A stretch of DNA of 64,000 nucleotides from Candidatus Hydrogenedentota bacterium (GTDB lineage: Bacteria > Hydrogenedentota > Hydrogenedentia > Hydrogenedentales > SLHB01): assembly GCA_963668025.2 (NCBI GenBank), contig CAXXTH010000021.1, positions 32,001 through 96,000 on the forward strand. The letters run 5' to 3'. Shown one piece after another: positions 56,068 to 64,000 of the stretch; positions within the stretch are counted from its first letter, which is position 1; every line of letters starts with the position of its first letter. The position numbers and the translations under genes were made by a program. The notes under the pieces were generated by a model. The model had not been told where the DNA came from, made no database searches, and was given only the letters and a program-made list of their open reading frames with translations.

Positions 56068-57040
56068 AGTTCCTAACCGGCCATCCTATGTTCCTCATCG
56101 TTTGGGGGTTGCGCACTGGATAATTGCTTCTATGTGCATTGCCCTCGGCCGGTTAACCGTGTTTTTTCCTTTGCCGGCATGCCGCTGGCTGGGCAGATTC
56201 CTCGGCGGATTGTCGTATTGGATTATCCCGCGTATCCGGAGTGTTGCGCTATCCAATCTTGATCTAGCTTATGGCGAGTCCTTGCCTCGTGCGGATAAGG
56301 TGCGTATCGCAAAGAGCGCGGCGCGGAATGCGGGGATTGTGGGGGGGGAGTTTACCCGGATCGCTTTGTTGGAAGAGGATTTTGTCAATCGGCATGTGCG
56401 GTTCAAGGGGCTAGAGTATATCGAACCGGAACGGGGCTGCGTGCTCATGGGCGCTCATTTAGGCAATTGGGAATGGATGGCCCCAGCGATGCGCATCAAA
56501 CACCCCAAAATGGCCGAGATAGTCCGCCCCATGGACGAGCCGCGTTTGCGAGTGTTTGTTGATCGGACGCGCACCTCAACCGGCATGCTTACGATTCCAA
56601 AAGCGGGAGCGGGGCGTGAGATTGTTCGTTTGCTTCGGGAAGGATATGCAATTGGCATCCTGATCGATCAAAGCCCCCGCGAGAATGGCGTACCCGTGTG
56701 TTTCTTCGGACAGCCCTGTTGGGGAACGATTGCCCCCGTGATGGCCGCCGTCCGCGCCCATGCCCCTATTATACCCATTTCCATGATTCGTGAGCCTGGC
56801 GGCGACTATACGATTGAGCTGCATCCGCCCGTGGCAATGGTGCGGACCCACGATCTGCGCCATGACATCGTCGAAAACTCCCAGCGCTGCCAAGATGTGA
56901 TTGAAGGCATGGTCCGGAAGCATCCCGAGCAATGGCTCTGGCTGCACCGCCGATGGAAGCCGCGTCCCTTGCTCGAAGCGGAATGGGCGAACCGCATCCA
57001 AAAAGACCGTCCGGTTAAAAACGAATCTCTTCCTGAATGA
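56060..57040 (+). CDS. lpxL: Lipid A acyltransferase (LpxL/HtrB family)
   Basis: HLGNWE, ILIDQ, FFG, PEQWLWLHRRWK. Confidence 0.88.
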   Translation: MSEVPNRPSYVPHRLGVAHWIIASMCIALGRLTVFFPLPACRWLGRFLGGLSYWIIPRIRSVALSNLDLAYGESLPRADKVRIAKSAARNAGIVGGEFTRIALLEEDFVNRHVRFKGLEYIEPERGCVLMGAHLGNWEWMAPAMRIKHPKMAEIVRPMDEPRLRVFVDRTRTSTGMLTIPKAGAGREIVRLLREGYAIGILIDQSPRENGVPVCFFGQPCWGTIAPVMAAVRAHAPIIPISMIREPGGDYTIELHPPVAMVRTHDLRHDIVENSQRCQDVIEGMVRKHPEQWLWLHRRWKPRPLLEAEWANRIQKDRPVKNESLPE

Positions 57041-57289
57041 AGGGAAGAGATGGCGTATTCATGCCGGCTTCCTCATGAAGATATCCTGTCTTTTTGAAAT
57101 GTCTGTTCATATCTCGTATTCTTGAAAAAACGTGAAAGACAAAGAAAGCGGTGCTGGAGTATAGCGCGGCGATATGGGCGGTCAAATTCATTTCTAAGGA
57201 TAGCTTACATATCAGCCGGATATTGAGTTTTCTGAGGAGTGATCGCAGGGGTAGCGGACGCAGGCATATTACAAAGGGAGGCTCTCGCC

Positions 57290-59071
57290 ATGAAATCGAA
57301 ACGCTCGTGTTTGTATCTTTCTTCAGCTCTTCAAAAATGCCTCATATGCTTGATATTCATCTCTTTAGGCCTATTGGCGGAGGCTGCGCCGCAGACACTT
57401 TCTGCGGGCGGCAAATCGGCCGCCAGCAAGGGAGCTGGCGTCACCATCATCATGCATGGATGGAATGTGGCGTCGGGCGAGCCTTCCTGGACGGAGGTGA
57501 TGCAAGATGCGATTGTGGCGCAATTGGGCGGTGAAGGAAAGACGGGTAAAATCACCGTGACCGGCACGGAAGGACATCTCACGGCGGCATGCAGCCCGTG
57601 GAGTTTCGAGCTGGATACGGCCACAAGCGGGGAAATTGTCATCCGTGTGGATTGGACGGCCGTCGCGAACCATCTATTGGCGGGTGTCACCGCGCAAGAA
57701 ACCGCCGCAGTGTTAGCGCCTGTGATCATGCAAGAGCAGAACGGCCAGCATCCGCTGGCTGAATTGCCTATTCATTTGATTGGGCATAGCCGGGGCGGCG
57801 GCATGGTGTATGAGCTTGCCCGCCTGCTGGGGCTTCAAGGGATTCAGGTGGAACAGGTGACTTCGCTGGATCCGCATCCGCTTACCACGGAAGATCCGCA
57901 AGGTCTGCCGTCTCCTTTGGGGCCGGGCAGCACGATTGATACGCCCATAAAAGTGTATGAAAACATCCTTTTCGCCGATAACTACTGGCAAAACATTTCC
58001 TATCCGGAAGGACACTATGTGAGCGGGGCGTACAACAGAGAATGGACAAGCCTTTCCGGAGGCTACCACAATCATGCCAGTTCGATATACCAAGACATTG
58101 CGGATCATCTGAATATCTACTTGATGTATTTGGGCACTATTGACGCCAGCAGCCCCATTTCCGACGGAGAGGCGGAGCTTGGAGCCACGGAGCGGGAAGC
58201 CTGGTTCAATGCCTACGAAAACAGCGGGCAATCGACGGGCTTTTTTTACAGCTTCATACGCGGCAATTATAACTGGTCAAGCGCCGATACGCCGGTTGAC
58301 GGCGGGAACCAGGTCCGGGATGGATACAACGTTGCTCCGATGCTGGGTGGAGACGGGGCGCGAAGCGCACTCACTTGGACCAATGCGGTATGGCCTAATG
58401 TGGTTTCGCTGGATGTGCTGCGGAATGGCGCGCCGATAGCTAATGGCGCGCAGCCCATCGCAGCGGGTGAAGCGCTCGAATTATCGTATGTTTACCTGGA
58501 TTATGATAGCGCTTCCGATATCACCTTCTATGTAGACGAAGACCGGAATCCGTATAACGGCAATTTTGCAGCTACGATTGCAAGCCAAAATCATACGGCA
58601 ACTGGGGCCAGTTTCGTGCGGAGCGCAGTTCGCTGGGATGTGGAGGCGCTTGCTCCGATTACGGATTACCATGTATGCGCCGCGATCACGGATGGGGAGA
58701 GAGCCCGTTATGTATATGCGCCGCAGGTATTTCAGGAGGCCGTAGGCCATACGTTGGAGTTATCGGCTACCGAAGGGGGCACTATTTCTCCGGAGCCGGG
58801 TTCCCATGTCTATGTGGAAGGCTCGGAGATAACGCTTACAGCCAATCCTGAGGATGGCTGGCGATTTGTCGAGTGGCAGGGCGGCGTATCTGGAACGGAC
58901 GCCAGCATCACGGTGGTTTGCAACAGCGATATGGCCATCACCGCCGTGTTTGAACTGGAGAGCCTAGGCTTTCCGCTGGGCTGGGGCGCGCTGAGCGGCA
59001 TTATGCTTATTACAGTCTTGGCGGCCACAGGCCTAAAGAGGGCATATTCCCGTAGTGCGAATCGTTATTAG
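57290..59071 (+). CDS. Surface alpha/beta hydrolase with InlB-B-repeat-like domain and C-terminal TM anchor
   Basis: IIMHGW, IGHSRGG, VTSLDPH; LTANP..GW.F..W.G...ITAVF repeat; TM helix with basic tail. Confidence 0.78.
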   Translation: MKSKRSCLYLSSALQKCLICLIFISLGLLAEAAPQTLSAGGKSAASKGAGVTIIMHGWNVASGEPSWTEVMQDAIVAQLGGEGKTGKITVTGTEGHLTAACSPWSFELDTATSGEIVIRVDWTAVANHLLAGVTAQETAAVLAPVIMQEQNGQHPLAELPIHLIGHSRGGGMVYELARLLGLQGIQVEQVTSLDPHPLTTEDPQGLPSPLGPGSTIDTPIKVYENILFADNYWQNISYPEGHYVSGAYNREWTSLSGGYHNHASSIYQDIADHLNIYLMYLGTIDASSPISDGEAELGATEREAWFNAYENSGQSTGFFYSFIRGNYNWSSADTPVDGGNQVRDGYNVAPMLGGDGARSALTWTNAVWPNVVSLDVLRNGAPIANGAQPIAAGEALELSYVYLDYDSASDITFYVDEDRNPYNGNFAATIASQNHTATGASFVRSAVRWDVEALAPITDYHVCAAITDGERARYVYAPQVFQEAVGHTLELSATEGGTISPEPGSHVYVEGSEITLTANPEDGWRFVEWQGGVSGTDASITVVCNSDMAITAVFELESLGFPLGWGALSGIMLITVLAATGLKRAYSRSANRY

Positions 59072-59153
59072 GGGCGGTTTCCGACAGACCTAGCATTATT
59101 CCGATGACCGGCGCTGGCCACACGCGGCGGGTGTTGGTGGATACTGGCGACGA

Positions 59154-60170
59154 TCAGTCGGAGTTTGTGAAGCGCATGAAGGATTCGAGCATCGCGGAGA
59201 GCCCTTTGCTCTCTTCTTCACTGATAAGCTCCGGGCGGCCGGCGGGTTCGTCGAATGCGCCTGACGAGACGGATGCTTCTTCATGGGCCAAGCCCGTGGA
59301 ATCTCCGCTCATGCCCCGCCGAATCGACATGGCCTCTTCGCGGCGGACCCGGGCTTCGGCTAAATCGGACAGGGCCTGTTCGAGTTTGGCGCGTAATGCA
59401 TCGCGTTCCGCTTCGATTGCGCGCGCCATTTCGCGAATCTCTTCGATTTGTTCTTCCGCCATAGCCAAGGCCGTTTCGATGTTTTGAGATAATGAATCAA
59501 GCTGGATTGGCGTAAATGGGGGTGGTATTTCCGCCGCCTCTGCCGCTGGGCGGCCATTCCAGCTTGCTTCCTGAGGCGAGTCAAGCGGATGGAGCGGTTC
59601 CTGTTCTGTTTCTGATGAGATTTCTTTCCATGCGGCTGGCTGCTGCCCGGGCTGCGCGGAAGCGGCTGCTTCGTATGGCTGCCGGGCACCCAGGGGTTGA
59701 TTCCGAATATCGTCTTCAATATCCGGCATGGTATCTTCAGGCCCCAACACCACGGTGTTGCCCATCGGAGTTGTCGGGGAAGCACTGGCTGCTGGCGGGA
59801 TTTCATCGGCGCGTGGCGCCAGCGGCGCTTCGTGCTCGGGATCGAGGTCCGGTTCACCCAACCAGCTCTCGTATGTGAATCCATCCGAGGCGGGAAGAGC
59901 TTCCTTGGCCTCTTCACGGCCCTTATCCCAAGGCCCCCATGACAGATCGGAGGCGTCTTGCTCTTCGGGCGGCAATATATCGAAGTTGTCCGCAGGTGAA
60001 AATGGAGGCGTTGGAATATGCGCTTTTGCTATGGGTGCAAGCGGTTCTTCGCTTATTGGCACAGGAATGATGCGTTTGCAGTTTTTGCACCAGGCATGGC
60101 TTGCGCCATGGCCTGCAGCAACACGCTGCAATGAATCACAATAGGGGCATTTAAATTCTATCATGCTCAC
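59154..60170 (-). CDS. Hypothetical protein: zinc ribbon, acidic Pro-rich linker, C-terminal coiled coil
   Basis: FKCPYC...CKNC at the N-terminus and a heptad-rich C-terminus. Confidence 0.7.
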   Translation of the reverse strand: MSMIEFKCPYCDSLQRVAAGHGASHAWCKNCKRIIPVPISEEPLAPIAKAHIPTPPFSPADNFDILPPEEQDASDLSWGPWDKGREEAKEALPASDGFTYESWLGEPDLDPEHEAPLAPRADEIPPAASASPTTPMGNTVVLGPEDTMPDIEDDIRNQPLGARQPYEAAASAQPGQQPAAWKEISSETEQEPLHPLDSPQEASWNGRPAAEAAEIPPPFTPIQLDSLSQNIETALAMAEEQIEEIREMARAIEAERDALRAKLEQALSDLAEARVRREEAMSIRRGMSGDSTGLAHEEASVSSGAFDEPAGRPELISEEESKGLSAMLESFMRFTNSD

Positions 60171-60271
60171 GGGTGCGCCAAGCCCTTCTCCCCACCACTA
60201 ACCGCCACAGATGTATCGCCGGGAGTATACCACACCTAAGCGGTCTTGAAGAAGCAAACAAACGCCCAATT

Positions 60272-61903
60272 TTACGCCACTTTTCCTGTAAACCGCTTCG
60301 CCCCGGCGAATGTCATGCCCGTTAAAGCCATAAGGAACACGCTATAAGCAAAAGCAGAGCCGATATTCGCGCCGCGCAACTCCATATTGATCCGCACGGC
60401 GATAGGGATGTTTGCGGGCCGGTACAGCAAAATGGACGACACGAATTCACCAAGGCTCGTGGCGAAAACCAGGGAAGCGGCCGCCAGCAGCGCGGGAGCC
60501 AGCATTGGAGCCGCAACGGTCCAAAATACGCGCCAAGGCCCCGCGCCTAATGTGCGGCCTGCTTCGATAAGCCCGGCGTCAAACGGTTCGATGGCCGCCG
60601 TGGCCATGCGGGTGAACAGCGGCGCGCTCCGCACGAAGTAGGCCAGCGGCAGCAGCCATATAATCGTGTTTCGCGGCATCCAAGGGTCATTAAAGGATAT
60701 CAGCAATGTCATGGCCACTACCGTGCCTGGAAGCGCCCATGGAATTGCCGCCAGCAGGGAGAGCCAGCGCCAGCCCATGCGCTTGCGTCCAATGAGATAG
60801 CCTGCGGGCAGTCCGGCGAGCACGGCAAGGAACGCGCCAGCGCCGCTCATCCACAGGCTGTTGCGTATGGGAGCCAGTGCGCGCGGATCTCGAAAGATGT
60901 CGATGTAGTTGGCGAATGTAAATGCAGCCGGGATGAGCTCGGTCCGCCAGCGCGCATGATCCACAAAAGACATCCAGATAATAACGATATGGGGGATGAG
61001 CAGCACGAATAGGACGGCGCCCGCCGCAAATGCGGCCAGGGTGCGCGCTGCTTCCGAACGCATTGCACGGGGAGCTCCTTTCGATGCCTGGCCAAATGGT
61101 TTGGAGCGGGTGCGGAATAACAGGATTCCTAGCAACGACATCAGCGCCAGCGCCAGCGTAAGCGTGAGGGCCTCCCGTTCATTGAATTGGGTGTTTGCCT
61201 CGTATATGCGCACGCTGAGCATGGGAAAATCATGGCCGAACAGCAGTGGGGCGCTAAATGAGGCCGTGGACGACATGAACGTTAGCAAGGATGCTCCCGC
61301 GAGGGAAGGACGCAGCAGCGGCAGTGTGACCGTGTAAAAGACACGCCAGCGTGACGCCCCTAAATTCCGCGCCGCCTCCGCCAGCGAGGCATCAATCCCT
61401 CCAAGGGCGGGACTCACCATGGCGTAGAAAAATACATAAAACGAATAGGTGTGAATCAACAAAATGGCCAAAGGCCCTTGTGGATAGGCGTCGCGCCAGC
61501 CCATGCACCGCTCTAGGAATACGGGAATAAGCCCATCGCGCCCGATGAGAAAATAGAACGCGACAACGCCTACGAGGGGCGGCAATGTAAACGGCAGGTA
61601 GGCCAATACCGCCAGCAGCCTGCTTCCAGGAAAAGCATACCGATTGAGAAAGAGGGCCAATCCCGTGCCTGCAACGCCTGAGGAAGCCACGGATGCGAGG
61701 GAGATCAACAAGGTGTTGCGGATAGGTGCGTAGCCCTCGTCGCCGGTGAGCACGCCCATATCCCACAAAAATGCCGCACGCCACAATAACCGCAGGCAAG
61801 GATAGGCGACCGCTATCCCCAAGAGGAGCAAGCATAACGCCCAAGCCCAATAGTCCGCCGGACGAGAGCGAAACGTAGTTGCCGGAATAGCTTGCTTATT
61901 CAC
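60272..61903 (-). CDS. ABC transporter permease with two TM domains (FbpB-like)
   Basis: Two EAA loops (EAARNLGA, EAGRTLGA) and many TM segments. Confidence 0.92.
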   Translation of the reverse strand: MNKQAIPATTFRSRPADYWAWALCLLLLGIAVAYPCLRLLWRAAFLWDMGVLTGDEGYAPIRNTLLISLASVASSGVAGTGLALFLNRYAFPGSRLLAVLAYLPFTLPPLVGVVAFYFLIGRDGLIPVFLERCMGWRDAYPQGPLAILLIHTYSFYVFFYAMVSPALGGIDASLAEAARNLGASRWRVFYTVTLPLLRPSLAGASLLTFMSSTASFSAPLLFGHDFPMLSVRIYEANTQFNEREALTLTLALALMSLLGILLFRTRSKPFGQASKGAPRAMRSEAARTLAAFAAGAVLFVLLIPHIVIIWMSFVDHARWRTELIPAAFTFANYIDIFRDPRALAPIRNSLWMSGAGAFLAVLAGLPAGYLIGRKRMGWRWLSLLAAIPWALPGTVVAMTLLISFNDPWMPRNTIIWLLPLAYFVRSAPLFTRMATAAIEPFDAGLIEAGRTLGAGPWRVFWTVAAPMLAPALLAAASLVFATSLGEFVSSILLYRPANIPIAVRINMELRGANIGSAFAYSVFLMALTGMTFAGAKRFTGKVA

Positions 61904-62258
61904 CTAATTCCAACGCAGCAGCCGGGGCTTCACAGAAATCCATTATGGCTTCCCGGTCAGTCTCATCGATTTTAGTATATAAAATAGCCACTTTAAACCG
62001 GTCTTCGCCGAATTCATGGGGTTCGCAGCGCACGACGATGCCCTCGCACTCGACACGGCGCTCGATGGGTTTGGGCAAATTGAGCGCCATGCCCACCTTG
62101 GTCATGAGCGGCACGGGCTTGATCGTATGGCATAAGACCCCGTTCGCACTGATGTTGTCGATGTGATTCAACACACCTGGCCCATCGTGCTCCAGGACGC
62201 CCGTAATCCCCCGCTTGCTTCTCGCGTACTGCCTTCGGTCATGCTCCATCGTCCGCAT
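61896..62258 (-). CDS. PilZ-domain protein
   Basis: RRQYAR and NISANG motifs. Confidence 0.85.
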   Translation of the reverse strand: MRTMEHDRRQYARSKRGITGVLEHDGPGVLNHIDNISANGVLCHTIKPVPLMTKVGMALNLPKPIERRVECEGIVVRCEPHEFGEDRFKVAILYTKIDETDREAIMDFCEAPAAALELGE

Positions 62259-62445
62259 CACGGTTCCCTCCACTTGCGCATAACACCCTGTATGTCGCAA
62301 CCATCCTATCTCAGTTGGAGCGCAAATGCAATGGGATGTGTGCTTTACATGGCGCGGGGATGTGTATTCAACTGGAATGGGCATGCCTGGGCGATTCTGA
62401 ATGTTTCTCTATATTACATTCTTATTTCCATGGAGGAACGAAGAG

Positions 62446-62988
62446 ATGGATTATCTATTTCGTGGTGTTTGCCTTGCCTTGTTGTGCGGTCTGGCGTCCT
62501 GTGCGCCAAGAAGCTCACCTGCCGTGCAAGCCAATGCGCCTCAAGATATTAGCGATAATGGCAACCATAAGGAGGATTCCCCGGACATGGCGCGCAAAAT
62601 CGAGAAAACCGATGCGGAATGGAAAGAAGAACTCACTCCCGAACAGTATCATGTCTTGCGGGAGAAAGGTACGGAAGCACCCTTTAGCGGCAAGTACTAC
62701 CGGGAATCCGAGCCAGGCGAGTACTTGTGTGCGGCGTGCGGTGCGAAATTATTTGCTTCCGATGCGAAATTCGATGCGGGATGTGGCTGGCCCAGTTTTT
62801 CGCGGCCTGTCGAGGAATCGAATCTGGAAGCCCATGAAGACCGGAGCCATGGCATGGTGCGCACGGAAGTGCTTTGCGCTCGATGCGGCGGGCATTTGGG
62901 CCATGTTTTCGAGGATGGCCCCGCGCCAACCGGGTTGCGGTATTGCATCAATTCGGCGGCAATCACCCACCAAAAGGCGCAGGAGTAG
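62446..62988 (+). CDS. msrB: Peptide-methionine (R)-S-oxide reductase
   Basis: [41 protein letters not shown]; N-terminal lipoprotein-like signal. Confidence 0.95.
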   Translation: MDYLFRGVCLALLCGLASCAPRSSPAVQANAPQDISDNGNHKEDSPDMARKIEKTDAEWKEELTPEQYHVLREKGTEAPFSGKYYRESEPGEYLCAACGAKLFASDAKFDAGCGWPSFSRPVEESNLEAHEDRSHGMVRTEVLCARCGGHLGHVFEDGPAPTGLRYCINSAAITHQKAQE

Positions 62989-63106
62989 CTCATCAAATCA
63001 TTTGGATTATCAATTCAGGATAGCTTTGATTGGAGAGAAATACTTCCTGACGTGGGCGTTGATCACAACCCAATGGAATGGCATAGCGCCATTCATTCTT
63101 GTTTAC

Positions 63107-63215
63107 CTTTGCGTTCTTTGCGGTTTTGCGTGCGTATAAATTAGTTGGGCGTACTGGCGGTGGCGTGTGGAATCTATAATAATGTATTTCACGCAAAGCC
63201 GCGAAGCCGCAAAGA
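63107..63215. repeat. Two outward-facing arms of the CGCAAAG palindrome family
   Basis: CTTTGCGTTCTTTGCGGTTTTGCGTG ... TTCACGCAAAGCCGCGAAGCCGCAAAG. Confidence 0.75.
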
Positions 63216-63577
63216 ATACAAGGTTCTACATGCGGCATATCAGTAATCAAAAAGCTGGATTTTAAGGCCACCCTATGCAGGAGAGAAGATATTGACTACA
63301 AGAAGCCGAGTGAATATCCCCTGGCTCTGACGAAGGAAGGTTGCTATTCGTTCCGTTTTGGAGCGTGGGGGGTGGAGTGGATTATTTTCCCAAAAATAGG
63401 TTCATTTTCTTCTGTGAGGATTCTGATAATTTCCCGCTTTTGCAATACGCAATATTTAGTGCGGCATCTCCTAAAAAAACTCTTTGAACCCCCATATGTT
63501 GTGCAAGCGAGGGTATTTGGTGTTTGCTCATGATGCGCTAACTCGTTGCGGCAGAAGAAGAAGGATATAGAAAGGGC

Positions 63578-63641
63578 TTGACGTGCGTGGCGGGGCGTGG
63601 TATATTTGGGTTGTTCGGTGGGGAAATGTGGTACGAAGTGG
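63578..63641 (+). promoter_or_regulatory. dcw promoter with MraZ operator repeats
   Basis: TTGACG-17-TATATT; GTGG at 63618, 63628 and 63638 (10-bp period). Confidence 0.8.
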
Positions 63642-63662
63642 CGTTGCGGAAGGAGGAACGGG

Positions 63663-64000
63663 GTGTATTACGGCGAGTCCATCACCAAGCTGGACGACAA
63701 GGGCCGTATCACTGTTCCTGTCCGTGTTCGTGAAACGATGAATGTGTTGGGCCATGCCCTATGGTACATGACTCGGGGCTTTGATGGCTGCATTTTTTTG
63801 TTTCACCAGGAAGAATGGAACAAGATCCGCAAGCAAGCCAGCCAATATTCCTCGATGGACGCTAAAGCGCTTGATTTTCGCCGTCTGTTTTTCAGCAGTG
63901 TGTGCGATGTCAGGCCTGATGCGCAAGGGAGGATGCCGGTGCCGCAGCATTTGCGCGAGCACGCGGGCCTTGATAAGGAAGCGGTGTTAATCGGGGTGGA
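63663..64000 (+). CDS. mraZ: Division/cell wall cluster repressor MraZ (truncated by window end)
   Basis: GTG start after AGGAGG; YYGESITKLDDKGRI, TRGFDGC, FRRLFF, DAQGR. Confidence 0.95.
   Translation, partial: MYYGESITKLDDKGRITVPVRVRETMNVLGHALWYMTRGFDGCIFLFHQEEWNKIRKQASQYSSMDAKALDFRRLFFSSVCDVRPDAQGRMPVPQHLREHAGLDKEAVLIGV

Noticed and set aside
62315-63139. 274-aa ORF overlapping msrB
   Set aside because: Alternative frame of msrB with no recognisable features.

Overview
A mostly GC-rich bacterial chromosome segment from a diderm LPS producer. Gene style suggests Candidatus Hydrogenedentes or a relative, but that is an unverified inference. Core blocks are nadC-birA-coaX-(LptC/LptA-like)-lptB, three tRNAs, tig-clpP-clpX-lon-engB, lpxA-gnnA-like-lpxB, queA, hypFCD, ahcY, purD with an N-terminal-only purH, fabH-beta-CASP-lpxL, msrB and the start of mraZ. 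The accessory features of most interest are: (1) a GxxExxY (PD-(D/E)xK-like) gene family always bracketed by palindromes built from three tandem 8-10 bp units. At 151-7030 five same-orientation copies of one palindrome alternate with GxxExxY pseudogenes and cargo genes, and sequence-divergent palindromes of the same architecture occur elsewhere, including around an intact GxxExxY gene upstream of ahcY. (2) A nested IS1634-in-IS200 insertion. (3) A second, REP-type repeat family, partly inside a MITE-like unit. (4) Several apparently catalytically dead proteins: an XRE-adenylate-cyclase-fold regulator before ahcY, a pseudo-kinase/pseudo-receiver/pseudo-GGDEF cluster before a sigma-54 PEP-CTERM gene, and an Ntn-acylase that appears to lack its nucleophile. 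All calls come from reading the sequence and the ORF track. No searches were run, and start codons were chosen by eye.
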